This document shows, piece after piece, positions 19,557 to 30,217 of a DNA stretch of 64,000 nt. Source of the stretch: a virus (taxonomy: Duplodnaviria > Caudoviricetes); the IMG/VR virus record IMGVR_UViG_3300015607_004069, positions 64,001 to 128,000 of that record; one strand, written 5' to 3'. The translations under genes were made by a program, and so were the position numbers. Positions within the stretch are counted from its first letter, which is position 1. Every line of letters starts with the position of its first letter. The notes under the pieces are model-generated. The model saw nothing but the letters and a program-made list of their open reading frames with translations. It did not search any database and was not told the origin of the DNA.

Positions 19557-19997
19557 TTACTTTTTATTTCGTCCATCCCATGGGTCGGAATGGCCGCTTA
19601 ATATCATTTTATGGTTGACACTGCCGACAGGCGGAACTGCTTTGGATTCGATATTATTCAAATGCAGGTCGAATTCACGTGGTGTGGACCAAGCTACCCC
19701 AATAAATCGCCCATATTTTTCTAGGCGGTCGAAATGTGTCTGCACTAATACGACGCTTTTAGGCGGACACAGTTTGGCAAGAAAGACTTTGGCTTCTGGT
19801 CCGCCTTTGTCTTTTAGTTCTGGTGATTGAATGCCTGTTAGCCTGAACAGCGCTGAGCCTTCTTTTAGTTTGAAGCCATAATCGAAATTGACTACAAGGG
19901 TATCACCATCATAGGCTTCGATGACGGTCATAGTATATCTGTATACGTATTTTTCCCAATATTTGCGATCTATTTGCTTTTGCTTTTGTTTTGCCAT
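19557..19997 (-). CDS. Thermonuclease (SNase-like)
   Basis: YDGDTL, RLTGIQSPEL, EKYGRFIG. Confidence 0.85.
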   Translation of the reverse strand: MAKQKQKQIDRKYWEKYVYRYTMTVIEAYDGDTLVVNFDYGFKLKEGSALFRLTGIQSPELKDKGGPEAKVFLAKLCPPKSVVLVQTHFDRLEKYGRFIGVAWSTPREFDLHLNNIESKAVPPVGSVNHKMILSGHSDPWDGRNKK

Positions 19998-20191
19998 TAT
20001 AGCTTGGCCTTTTTGAGTTTGGTGTAATATTTTGGATTTTCTTTCAGATGGTCGGTGGCTATTTCGGTTGCCAGCTTCTTATCGTTAGTATGTTCCATTT
20101 CTATTTTGATGCCCATTTCCAGTTCTTTTTGATCGAATTCCTTAGTGTCGTGACCATCGGCCATGCCGCCAGTTATTTGATTAAGTTTCAT
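19997..20191 (-). CDS. DUF5661-like protein
   Basis: ELEMGIKIEMEHT..A.EIA.DHL.E.P.YYTKL. Confidence 0.75.
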   Translation of the reverse strand: MKLNQITGGMADGHDTKEFDQKELEMGIKIEMEHTNDKKLATEIATDHLKENPKYYTKLKKAKL

Positions 20192-20239
20192 GATTATCCT
20201 CCTGTTTATATTTATGGATAATGTATCAAATGCTATTCT

Positions 20240-21382
20240 ATGGAGATTGATATGTCTAATCTTGAGGACAGGAAACTTTACATTCCGAAAAAGATTGCGA
20301 TCGGTTTTAACAAAAGACAGGATACTTACACAGGCAAGCTTGGATATATCATCTACTATGATGATAAAGGCGTTTTACGCAAGAAAGCATCATGGGATTC
20401 TTGGCGTGATCATTCTCTTCAGCCTGTCGAATATGACAACGTGCCTACTGAAGGTTTCGTCTTAAATCGTGATATTGGCTCTCGTGGCAGTTATCGTTGG
20501 CATGATCGTATTGAAAAGGTCAGAACATACGATCCACGCGATTTCGAATTTGAAATGTCGATACCGAATTTATTGCATATTTTAACTGAATGTACTAGCA
20601 TTAAAGGGAAGGGTCTGGATGGCAAATTTGTCTACGCTTGGAGTGGTACCGAATTAATCTTGTTACCAGTCAATTCTTCTCTTTATGAGAAGTCAGTGCA
20701 GTTTACCAGCTTGCAGGCTACAGCTGGTGTTTCTATGAGGGAACTGGTTGAAGGTCGGACTTATATTACTAGGAGGCAAGTTCAATTAGTATATCTTGGC
20801 ACTTTCAATTATTATTACGCTGCAACATCAAAACATGCTCATGATGGTTATTTTGGACCAAGATCGAAGTATAGCGAATCAATGAATAAGGGTGTCATGA
20901 AACGAAAGGTGTTTTATAATCTGGCCAGCAAGAAAATAATCTATTTAAATGATACAAAGTCACTGGCGACTGTTGTCAATAATGAAGTGATATCAAATTT
21001 CGCTGACTTAGTTGATTTATATAACAAATCGCCTCATGGTAGTAAAGTAGTTGATTTACAGTTGAAACAGAAACCATCAGAAAATTCACTATGGTTCGTT
21101 CAAGAGACAAACGGGGCATTTACAGGATATGAAACTCAATATATAAGCTATGGTGATAGGATCGGTCAGATAGACAGAGTCACAAAGAGAGTGGTGGCTA
21201 TGATGCGTGAAGGCCAGTTATGGACTGAGCCTAAATATCAAGATATGTATAATAGGTATCACCCACAGTCTTATGGTGCTAGCACTAACCATATAACGTC
21301 TACTGACCAATGCCTTTATGCGATTATGGCTAATGGTATTGAAATCCCGTTCATTCATGGTAACGTATTCGATAAGGAATGA
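20240..21382 (+). CDS. Conserved phage hypothetical protein
   Basis: 380-aa ORF; KLGYIIYYD.KG.LRK..SW..WRD, YDPRDFEFE. Confidence 0.65.
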   Translation: MEIDMSNLEDRKLYIPKKIAIGFNKRQDTYTGKLGYIIYYDDKGVLRKKASWDSWRDHSLQPVEYDNVPTEGFVLNRDIGSRGSYRWHDRIEKVRTYDPRDFEFEMSIPNLLHILTECTSIKGKGLDGKFVYAWSGTELILLPVNSSLYEKSVQFTSLQATAGVSMRELVEGRTYITRRQVQLVYLGTFNYYYAATSKHAHDGYFGPRSKYSESMNKGVMKRKVFYNLASKKIIYLNDTKSLATVVNNEVISNFADLVDLYNKSPHGSKVVDLQLKQKPSENSLWFVQETNGAFTGYETQYISYGDRIGQIDRVTKRVVAMMREGQLWTEPKYQDMYNRYHPQSYGASTNHITSTDQCLYAIMANGIEIPFIHGNVFDKE

Positions 21383-21388
21383 CAGATC

Positions 21389-21841
21389 ATGGCTAAGAAG
21401 ATGGACAGTGATGCGATTGTTGTCCGTTTGATGGAAGAAGTGAAGAAACGCCGTAATGAAATCGCTCAGGCCGAACGAGGTGCATGGCGAACTAATGGCA
21501 TTTTTTCATTTGATCAGAGCATGAACAGCTCTATCAATTTGAATGTCGTGAATGATAAAAGCAAATTGATAGAAATGGCTGCTTTTATCTTGGGCAAGGA
21601 ACGCGATCACGCACTGGCTGTCGAAACGCTAGGGATAGATGACCCACCTCCATTCACATGGTTCGGATTCTCCAGAGAAAACTGGATTGCTGATTTCAGG
21701 ACACGCATCAATAAACTTTCTATTGATGCTAAACGTAAAAAGCTTGAGGAATTTGAATCCAAGCTTAACGATCTAGTCAGTCCTGATATGCGTCGAAAAA
21801 TGGAATTGGACGCTATCGCCAATGAAATAGGTAATTTTTGA
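21389..21841 (+). CDS. Hypothetical protein
   Basis: 150-aa ORF in operon. Confidence 0.6.
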   Translation: MAKKMDSDAIVVRLMEEVKKRRNEIAQAERGAWRTNGIFSFDQSMNSSINLNVVNDKSKLIEMAAFILGKERDHALAVETLGIDDPPPFTWFGFSRENWIADFRTRINKLSIDAKRKKLEEFESKLNDLVSPDMRRKMELDAIANEIGNF

Positions 21842-22149
21842 TGGATGATTCTATCACACCATCCGATCCTAAAAAGTTGTTCAAGGCTCTTAGTGCTACT
21901 GAACAACTTCGGGAAGCACTTTATAATGCCATGCTAGATATTACTGAAAAGAAATATCTAGCATTAAATAGTAATGCCTTTAACGCATTGCATGATTATC
22001 TGGTTCAGAATAAGCCTGATCCCAAGACAGCCCCATGGCAACAGACCATCATTTATCAGATGGCCGTTTATGTCAACGCCGATTTGCAACTAGAAGTCGA
22101 ACGTCGGCATGGGGTCATCATCAATCCGGACTTGAATAACAATGGATAA
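21838..22149 (+). CDS. Hypothetical protein
   Basis: Start and stop overlap neighbours. Confidence 0.5.
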   Translation: MMDDSITPSDPKKLFKALSATEQLREALYNAMLDITEKKYLALNSNAFNALHDYLVQNKPDPKTAPWQQTIIYQMAVYVNADLQLEVERRHGVIINPDLNNNG

Positions 22150-22573
22150 ACCAATTCTGATCGGGATGGTCGGCCTGCCCCGTAGCGGCAAATCGACATG
22201 GGCACAGGCACAGAACCATCCTATTGTATGCCTTGATTCGATCAGGCTTGCCTTGCATGGTCAGGCCTACATTCAGTCAGCGGAGCCATTTGTCCGGGCT
22301 ATTGCCAGAGTGATGGTAGAATCACTCTTTTTGTCCGGACATAACAAGGTCATTCTTGACGCAACTAATATTACTAGAAAGATTCGTGATGAATGGAAAT
22401 CCGATAAATGGAATATCCATTGGGTCCATGTTATAACTGAATACGATGAATGCATGAGACGGGCAGAAGGAAACCGGAAATTGCAGGAAGTTATTACTTC
22501 TATGCATTCAAAATCGGAGTTGTTTCACGCTTATGATTCTTTTAGCATAGTACGACCATCTATAATTAAGTAG
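22142..22573 (+). CDS. P-loop kinase (polynucleotide-kinase-like, AAA_33)
   Basis: GLPRSGKST, DSIR, VILDATN..R. Confidence 0.8.
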   Translation: MDKPILIGMVGLPRSGKSTWAQAQNHPIVCLDSIRLALHGQAYIQSAEPFVRAIARVMVESLFLSGHNKVILDATNITRKIRDEWKSDKWNIHWVHVITEYDECMRRAEGNRKLQEVITSMHSKSELFHAYDSFSIVRPSIIK

Positions 22574-22607
22574 TTCGCTGTCGGTATTACCAGCTGGTTT
22601 CTGGAGA

Positions 22608-23567
22608 ATGCCGATGTTATTTGATAAGTTAGCTGGAATAGTTGAACGTCAACTGCCACAATATCAGAAGGCAGTTGACAATGCCAGATTGTTTCGAATT
22701 GCTGATAAGCAGCCATCATCTCATGAGAGTAGTCCAGTCGATAATAAGATGATCGATGGTTATGATGAAGAATCCGCCCTGATTCAAAACTTTGGTTTGC
22801 CATTCAACACTATAGCTATTGAGTCTGCCGACAGTCGATATTCCAACGGTGATTTGGTGATAGTCTTTGATACCATTGATAAAGATCACCGAATTTATTC
22901 TGTGTTAGGTATGACCAAGATTGGTAGTGAATTCAAAATATTTCGCGCAGAAATTGATGTTTTCAATACTTTGAAAGTAGATGGCGTATTAACCGGGGCA
23001 TCTATGTACAAAAGAGGAATAAATATTCGCAAGTTACAATTGTGGACAGGTGATAAAGAACAAATTAATAGCGAGTCTATAGTAGTTGTGCCGTGGGATC
23101 ACAAGGAACCGCCATGTGATACTTTGCCAGCCTTTGAAGCGGCTAATGCGGCTGAGAAATTAGTAATTCTTGATCAGCATCGATCTAGGTTGATGGGCCA
23201 ATTTGTCAGGTTAAATTTAGCTACTGCTGTTTTGTATGTGGTTAGTATTAACTCGCCAAGCCATTTTGTTGTTGAAGAAAGTCCAATGGAAGGCCTGAGG
23301 AAAAGCAAAAAAGGAATTAGAAGGTCCTGCGATAGGCCGCATTATATTATTATGACTCCAAATACTATTAGAACTAAATTCATTTCGCTTCCAACTAATA
23401 CTGGTCGGACTGTCACCGCTCATGAACGACGTGCACACTATAGAGAATTGAGGTCGGAAAGGTTTACTAATGCTCGTGGTAAGATTATTAGGGTAGAGGC
23501 TGTGTGGGTAGGCCCATCAGAGACAGTTGTTGGTAAAAACCGTTATAAGGTTATGCTTGATCTGTAA
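22608..23567 (+). CDS. Conserved phage hypothetical protein
   Basis: C-terminal HERRAHYR..VWVGP motif. Confidence 0.6.
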   Translation: MPMLFDKLAGIVERQLPQYQKAVDNARLFRIADKQPSSHESSPVDNKMIDGYDEESALIQNFGLPFNTIAIESADSRYSNGDLVIVFDTIDKDHRIYSVLGMTKIGSEFKIFRAEIDVFNTLKVDGVLTGASMYKRGINIRKLQLWTGDKEQINSESIVVVPWDHKEPPCDTLPAFEAANAAEKLVILDQHRSRLMGQFVRLNLATAVLYVVSINSPSHFVVEESPMEGLRKSKKGIRRSCDRPHYIIMTPNTIRTKFISLPTNTGRTVTAHERRAHYRELRSERFTNARGKIIRVEAVWVGPSETVVGKNRYKVMLDL

Positions 23568-23601
23568 GAATTGAAGATGTAAATAGGTTGTCGATAGCAT
23601 T

Positions 23602-23943
23602 GTGAATCTTAATGGTTGTGATTTGGGGATAGATATGCAGGGGTTCAATGGTGGTGTTATTACTAATATAGCGTATGTCTCTAGTCGTACCGATTTAATC
23701 TGGTTAGAATGTGTTAACTGGAGTGATACTGAGTCTCCGACTGTCAGTTTGGCGATCAGATTGACTGAAGAGACGAAGTTGATGGAATGGGGCGACCAGA
23801 TATTTTGGAATAATGAATCTACAGTGTGGATTAGCCATGATAGTCTAGGGACTATTACGCCAATTGAGAGAGTCGGGCATATTGGGGTTGATCTGGATTA
23901 TCTCGTGGCTAACCCTACATTTGGTAATCATAAATGGCCTTAA
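23602..23943 (+). CDS. Hypothetical protein
   Basis: 113-aa ORF. Confidence 0.45.
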   Translation: MNLNGCDLGIDMQGFNGGVITNIAYVSSRTDLIWLECVNWSDTESPTVSLAIRLTEETKLMEWGDQIFWNNESTVWISHDSLGTITPIERVGHIGVDLDYLVANPTFGNHKWP

Positions 23944-24213
23944 AGTTCTGGAACATAGATTTTTAGAGCGTTTTTCTTTTTAACGCATGTCTTGCAATAC
24001 CATTTATCTTCTATGATTTCCCAGCCGTTCGGGATGCTGGGTATGCTAGCTGTACCTTCGGTGTATTTTCGTATTCGTCTGTCACATTTGAAACACACTG
24101 CATGCCATGATCTCACAATTGTCCAAGGGCTGACTGGCGTTGTGTTGTTTTTTGTAATATTGTTCATTATTCACCTTTTCAGTTAAGTTTATTTATCTTA
24201 ATTCAAATAGGAT

Positions 24214-24894
24214 TTGAACATGGAAGAATGCTCGCCCAGAGCACTCAACCAGCAAGTTGAGTCGTGGATCAACGATAACGGTGGTCTAATCAGGGTTATA
24301 TTATATCAACATTTGAAAGTATTCTTTAACACTACAAATCGACGGTTTTTGCCGAGTCCTGAGGAATGCAGTAGTGTAACTTATCTGGCTGCGGTAGAGG
24401 CATTTAACAGTTATGATGATAGTCGCGGGAAATTCAATTACTATTATCGACTGGTTTTATGGTCCACTATTTGTCAATGGTTTAAAAATGATTCTCAAGT
24501 GCTGAGAAACAGGCATAGAAATTATACTCACGCCAAAAATATGAGGCATATAGGAAAAGAACCAACGTTGATTGAATCTGATACAGTATCTTGTGACTAT
24601 CTATTCTGTGATTCTGATATAGCCGATATTGATAAAAAGATAGTCTCTAATGAGTTGTATTCTGGTGATATAAAGAAGATGTTTGATATGATGACTGAAC
24701 CATTAAATGATATTAGTAAAGAAATAATATGGTTAAGATTTGGAATGGGTATGACGTTCAAGGAGATAGGTAAAAAGTTCGGTAAATCAAAACAGCATAT
24801 TAATATAATCATTCGCACTTCATTGAAAGTGATGAAACAGCACCCAGAGGTAAAACGATTTGCTGCTTCTTTCGGCATTGTTGACCAAACATAG
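24214..24894 (+). CDS. Sigma70-family RNA polymerase sigma factor
   Basis: LAAVEAFNSYDDSRGKFNYY (region 2); LNDISKEIIWLRFGMGMTFKEIGKKFGKSKQHI (region 4). Confidence 0.8.
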   Translation: MNMEECSPRALNQQVESWINDNGGLIRVILYQHLKVFFNTTNRRFLPSPEECSSVTYLAAVEAFNSYDDSRGKFNYYYRLVLWSTICQWFKNDSQVLRNRHRNYTHAKNMRHIGKEPTLIESDTVSCDYLFCDSDIADIDKKIVSNELYSGDIKKMFDMMTEPLNDISKEIIWLRFGMGMTFKEIGKKFGKSKQHINIIIRTSLKVMKQHPEVKRFAASFGIVDQT

Positions 24895-24965
24895 TGTGGA
24901 ATCTCAAAGAATGGTGGGTGTTGTATTCCCCCATTATTTTGATTTTCTTCTAGGAGAATCGCCCA

Positions 24966-26198
24966 ATGCCGACAACGGTGACTACACCGGGAGATCTTAA
25001 CAAACTCAGAAATGAGTTAGTAGCGTTGATCTCACCATTGACAGCTGCATTAGCGTCTGTTAACGCTAAAGTAGAAGCTATTGATGTTAGGCTGGTTGCT
25101 GCCGAAACTAAAATTCGTGAGCTTGATCTGAAAGTCAATCCGCCACCAGCGCCTGATCCTGTACCTGATCCTGTACCTGATCCAGTGCCTGTGCCTGACC
25201 CAGTACCTGTGCCAGTGCCAGATCCAGTGCCTGCTACTAAGCCGCTTTTCTTTCAAAAGAAATTGCTTGGCGGGTACAAACTCAAGGGCGAATTCGCTAG
25301 AGGGGCCATAACGACTGATTTTAAGAATCGCTTCATTTATATGAGCGGTCATGCTCAAAGAAATGAAGTGTACAAATATGCTATGCCGGATAACTTCGGC
25401 ACGGCAGACATGGCCACTTGGCCGGTCTTGAATCCTATCGAAATTATTCAAGGCTGGTGGCCTTCAGATAAAGGATATGCTGGCGGCTTGTTCATTGATA
25501 ACAGCGGTGAGCTGTGGGTTGCTCCAAGGGTGTTTTATGATATGGCTCCGCCTTCAGTTACGGAGTTATATCCCAGAAGCAATCCAACTCAGATCAGGAC
25601 CATTCCAGTTCCACGCCAGCAATTTGCTGGTTTCATGAATTCTCAGGATAATTCTCTTGAGTATATCGGTGGCGGCGGGTATGAGTCCGGTCAGGGATCA
25701 GCATTCGGACCATGTTTGGCTAAGATAGATGGAACTGTTCTGGTCCATCATGATTTCAGTGGGACATGGGACAAGCGTTGTCCTCGCGAACCGAATTATA
25801 TCAGTGAAGATGGTAAAGATTCGTGGGTATGCCTCAATCCACGTATCAACCCGGAAACGGGTAAACTGGAAGGTCGCTGGGCCTGCGATCGCATCTTCGG
25901 AGGCGGTCTACTGCTCGACGATGGATTCTATTTCTTCCCGCTGATGGCAGTGGGTCCTGTGGCCTATCGCGTACAGACTGAGACCTTCGATGTGGATGGA
26001 GTTATGCAGAACTACGTGTATCGGTATGACCGTAACACGTACAAGCTGCTAGAATGGACACCGTTCAACGACTTCGGAACTGCTAATGCTGTAGCAGGTC
26101 AGGAAGTCGGGCCAGATGGGAAGATCTATCTGGCGCAACGTTATGCGTGGAAGTCTGGTCTGTACACAGTGGACACGGCGGTTTGTGTCTACGGGTAA
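24966..26198 (+). CDS. Putative virion protein: coiled coil, PDPV linker, beta-rich domain
   Basis: (PDPV)n at about 25140-25232. Confidence 0.6.
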   Translation: MPTTVTTPGDLNKLRNELVALISPLTAALASVNAKVEAIDVRLVAAETKIRELDLKVNPPPAPDPVPDPVPDPVPVPDPVPVPVPDPVPATKPLFFQKKLLGGYKLKGEFARGAITTDFKNRFIYMSGHAQRNEVYKYAMPDNFGTADMATWPVLNPIEIIQGWWPSDKGYAGGLFIDNSGELWVAPRVFYDMAPPSVTELYPRSNPTQIRTIPVPRQQFAGFMNSQDNSLEYIGGGGYESGQGSAFGPCLAKIDGTVLVHHDFSGTWDKRCPREPNYISEDGKDSWVCLNPRINPETGKLEGRWACDRIFGGGLLLDDGFYFFPLMAVGPVAYRVQTETFDVDGVMQNYVYRYDRNTYKLLEWTPFNDFGTANAVAGQEVGPDGKIYLAQRYAWKSGLYTVDTAVCVYG

Positions 26199-26221
26199 AT
26201 CAATCGTTCTGCATTAATTAA

Positions 26222-26252
26222 AGTGGGCTTCTGTAATATTACAGAAGCCCAC
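26222..26252 (+). terminator. Hairpin terminator
   Basis: agtgggcttctgtaa / ttacagaagcccact. Confidence 0.7.
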
Positions 26253-26342
26253 TATCGTTTGCTTTCGAATTATTAAGATCTTAATCGCTCATAATCGTCA
26301 ATCTTGATATTTAAGATATTATATGAGTATTGAGGTCTTGAC

Positions 26343-26645
26343 ATGGTTAATTTTGAATATTTCGACGATCCCGCAAAACAAATTATGATTGAGGAATCGT
26401 ATGGCGGCGATTTCGATCGGTTGATTGAGATCTTAGCAGAAACTTTATGCGAGACATCAAAATCAATTGTGAGATATGTTCATATTGAGAACTTGACATT
26501 TGTTGAAGTTGCCAATAGATTGAATATGAGTGAATCTGAAATCGAGTTACTTTATAAGCAATCGACCGTTTTGATGTGGTTGGCTAATTGTGATTTGTTA
26601 ATTGATTTGGCATATATTTTTAAGATTTATCCGGAATTGGTTTAG
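26343..26645 (+). CDS. Sigma region-4-like HTH protein
   Basis: LCETSKSIVRYVHIENLTFVEVANRLNMS. Confidence 0.55.
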   Translation: MVNFEYFDDPAKQIMIEESYGGDFDRLIEILAETLCETSKSIVRYVHIENLTFVEVANRLNMSESEIELLYKQSTVLMWLANCDLLIDLAYIFKIYPELV

Positions 26646-26755
26646 GTATAGCTTGGTTAGTATGTATTTTGTATCATTTTCGATGGCTATGCTGCCCACG
26701 TTGCCAGTTAGAAAGGTGATACAAAATTTATTAGACATTATTTCAGGAGTCATAA

Positions 26756-28237
26756 GTGGATTTCAACTTCAATAGCTCTTATATCGTCGCCGCATTGACC
26801 GGTGCAGCGATAATGTTTTGGCAACGAATAAGGACGTTTATTGAAAATCTGGTCAGTAAGTTCGTAAACACTCACAGGTTCTGCATAAATAGTTCTGGTG
26901 CTGTCGATGTTCAGGCTAAGTTGTGGAACTATCTGGAGCAGAAGTGCAAGCCAATTCTTGATTTCACGCTTCCCAGATTGGAATCTAGGTATGCTTATGT
27001 GCAGAAATACAATCGATTTGATATTGTAGTATCAACTTCAAAGATCAAGCATGGCATCGTATTGTATCGTACTCCTTATGGATATGCTTGGATAGCCGAT
27101 AGAGGTGAGAATATTATCTGGATTAGAGGTTTGTTCGATTGTTCCAAATTTCTGATAGATATTTCGAAATTCAGTGTGCCCAACTCTTTTTATTATGAAA
27201 ATCGACTGGCGATTATCAATAAGATTCACGGCAACAGGCAACAATACAAGGCTATGACAAAAAGTGGAGGATACCAGCACGGTAGTCATGACAAAGGTGC
27301 TACCCTAGGCGGTTCGGGTGGCACACCACCGATGCCTCCTGATGACTACGATAACATGTTCATTATCAATCCGGCACTTAGTACACTACTAACTCATTCT
27401 GTAGATGATTTTAAGCCAGACGATCAGGCTATGAATCTAGTGGTGGCTGATGAACAACTGACTGAAATTGATGATTCTGTAAAAAACTGGGTAAATGGGC
27501 GACCTTGGTATAAGGAAAGACACATTCCATGGCGATATGGCTTAGTATTTCATGGTCTGCCTGGCCTTGGTAAGACAAATGCTGCCAGATATATATCTGC
27601 CAAGTACAATATGCCTATATACCAATTCGATCTGGCCAATATGACTAATGATTGTTTCACCAGTGCATGGCAGCGTGTCATCAGTGATTCGTCAGTATCT
27701 GGCAGCATTATTCTATTAGAGGACTTTGATACTGTTTTTCACAATCGCACTAATATTATTGATAATGAAATGGGTGTGACCTTTGATATATTGCTGAATA
27801 CCATAGATGGTGTTCAATTGAATGATGGTGTCCTGCTTATTATTACTGCCAATCGTTTTGATAATATCGACCCTGCTCTTTCGCTTCGTCCCGGTAGAAT
27901 CGAAAAATCTGTTGAGTTCAAATTGCCTTCAGCTGAATGGCGTAGAAAATGTGCTACAAATATCTTGAAAGATTGGCCTGTCGTTGTCAATCTTTTAGTT
28001 GATTTGACTGAGAATGCTACGCATACGACTATCGTCCAGACATCTATCGCAGTCGGACTTTATCTAGCTGGTATACAAAAGTCCAACTTGAGCAAAGAAG
28101 AACTGATGAAGGTAGAGAAGATAATTACTGAAATGAATTCTAATAACCAATTAGTATTAGAGAAATGGGCAAATAGCCAAATAGGTACCATTATAGGAGA
28201 TATGGTGAATGCCAAATCAACCAATAAAACAGATTAA
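26756..28237 (+). CDS. BCS1-like AAA+ ATPase with N-terminal membrane anchor
   Basis: WYKERHIPWRYGLVFHGLPGLGKT, ILLEDFD, LLNTIDG, DPAL.RPGRI. Confidence 0.85.
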   Translation: MDFNFNSSYIVAALTGAAIMFWQRIRTFIENLVSKFVNTHRFCINSSGAVDVQAKLWNYLEQKCKPILDFTLPRLESRYAYVQKYNRFDIVVSTSKIKHGIVLYRTPYGYAWIADRGENIIWIRGLFDCSKFLIDISKFSVPNSFYYENRLAIINKIHGNRQQYKAMTKSGGYQHGSHDKGATLGGSGGTPPMPPDDYDNMFIINPALSTLLTHSVDDFKPDDQAMNLVVADEQLTEIDDSVKNWVNGRPWYKERHIPWRYGLVFHGLPGLGKTNAARYISAKYNMPIYQFDLANMTNDCFTSAWQRVISDSSVSGSIILLEDFDTVFHNRTNIIDNEMGVTFDILLNTIDGVQLNDGVLLIITANRFDNIDPALSLRPGRIEKSVEFKLPSAEWRRKCATNILKDWPVVVNLLVDLTENATHTTIVQTSIAVGLYLAGIQKSNLSKEELMKVEKIITEMNSNNQLVLEKWANSQIGTIIGDMVNAKSTNKTD

Positions 28238-28739
28238 TATTTATATTTCAGACTCTTTTAATGCTAGAGCTTTCGAAAGTGACAGGCCTTGGGCTGCTAT
28301 CAGTATCGCATCGACTCCTAATGATTTTCCATCTCTACAGACAGAAAATCGGGTCGGATTGCTGCAGCTGGCATTTGAAGACATCAGATGTGATTCTGAT
28401 AGATGTTGGGACGCTATCTTATTTGATAGTACTTTGGCTGATAGGATAGTTAATTTCATTCGGGAATTACCACAAGAAGTCGAATCATTATTAGTACATT
28501 GCGGGGCTGGCATTTCGCGTTCTCCAGCTGTAGCACAAATATTGTGTCAGGTATCTGGTACTGACACTTCATTGTTGGAACAGCATTATGCTCCTAATCC
28601 AGAGGTGCTGCCTATATTGCGGTGGGCATTCGTTGGTAATTTTCCGACCTATATCAAATTTGTATACGCGGCCTTTTTTCGTGGATACGATAACGAGGGC
28701 GTTCCCCGATTGTTTTATGTCAATCAGACTCTTGTGTAG
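28209..28739 (+). CDS. Protein-tyrosine/dual-specificity phosphatase-like
   Basis: VHCGAGISRS (CX5R). Confidence 0.8.
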   Translation: MPNQPIKQINIYISDSFNARAFESDRPWAAISIASTPNDFPSLQTENRVGLLQLAFEDIRCDSDRCWDAILFDSTLADRIVNFIRELPQEVESLLVHCGAGISRSPAVAQILCQVSGTDTSLLEQHYAPNPEVLPILRWAFVGNFPTYIKFVYAAFFRGYDNEGVPRLFYVNQTLV

Positions 28740-29999
28740 GCAATTGAGTGGCTGATATATCCATCCTTTTTAGTATAATAATAAATTTCACTGGCAGGGC
28801 TGGCACCTATGTAACCCTTTTTGAAATGATATAAATCAGTCCCTGCCAGTGATCGTAGTGTTCTTACTGTTGTGCCTTCATAAGTGTCCGTAGGCTGTGT
28901 CATCCATTTTCTGGATCGATGGTCATGCCCTATTAGCCATTCTCGGCATGTTGAATTGGCCCACTCAGTTGGTCTTTCGGTCGCCATGAGGCTAGGAAGA
29001 ATATCCTTTTTCTCTTCGTTGCCGTGGGTCATTCCCAATAGCGTGACACCCCAATGATAGTATTTCCGTGGTGCAGGAGTGGCATTGACGGTGACCGGAG
29101 CGTGCTTTCTGAACCACGCTTCGATAGTTCTAGCTAGGTGATAACTAGTGGTGAAATCGTGATTTCCCGGTATCCAGACGACATCAACGGGAGCTATTTT
29201 TGCCATTTTTTTCGATGGCATTGATAACGGCCATCTCACCAGCCATTATGATCTTGGCATATCTTCCGTCTACATCCTGAGGTGTACCAGCAAATGTCGT
29301 ATTATGTAGATTGTCCATGTGATAGAAGTCATTGCCAATAGGCAATAACCAATTTGATATCTTACGGTCGGCTGAATTGGAAATTAGATCGTCAACGGCA
29401 TTAGTGTAGACCTTTTCAGCTATTTTGATGTCATAGCTGTTGCCAGTTTCCTGATCCCATGCTAGTTTGCCAAAATGAGCATCGAACAGGCCCATGACTG
29501 CCAGACAGCCGTCTTTTCGTTTGTTATAGGTGACTTTAGAATAATTAGGTGAGTGGTTCCGCATTCGATCGAATATGGCGGCATGGGCATCGGCCAATGA
29601 TTTTTTAAGTATGCGTTTCAAATAGACTTTTACGCGATATTGTTGTGTCTGGACTGGCTTGTGACTTTTGTTTTTTATAACCACTGTCCAATTCGATATT
29701 TCGAAGCGTTCTGGATACCAGACGTTCTGATCGACCTCGGCTACTTTCATAGCCTGCTCTAGTGTCTTGATTGGTTTATCGGTTATGCAGGAGTATGTGG
29801 CTGAATTTTCTTCTTCTAACCATAACCCTTTCTCTAATTCAGTTTTCTGTGTAGTCAAATCGCGGCAGATTTTGACCACTGTCTTGTAATTGACACTGCG
29901 TTTATTTGAAATTTGTGAATAATTCAATCCTTCGCGGAAATCTGCTTTGATCATTTCTACTAGTGATGGTTCAAGCGATCTGCCCATTTTAAGTCCCAC
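28724..29999 (-). CDS. HTH + calcineurin-like metallophosphoesterase, split by a frameshift at an A7 run
   Basis: DAHFG and GND..H in 29184-29999; GNHD, HG and GHDH in 28724-29239; removing one A at 29206-29212 fuses them. Confidence 0.75.
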
Positions 30000-30217
30000 A
30001 AAATGTGTTACATTATATCTTGGAGGTGAAACATGGTGTATGTCGGTATATTATATTAAGATATATCTTGATATCAAAATTAATAAACATTTAAGATTTT
30101 GATATTGAATGATATAATCGGCAGCTAATCGTTATCTGGTATATAAAATTAGTATAGAGCGAGGTGATTCTCATGCGTTTGCGATTACTTAATTCTCATG
30201 TGATATTGGAGTCAGTA

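Noticed and set aside
25140-25232. Short tandem DNA repeat as a regulatory or array element
   Set aside because: In-frame (PDPV)n protein linker
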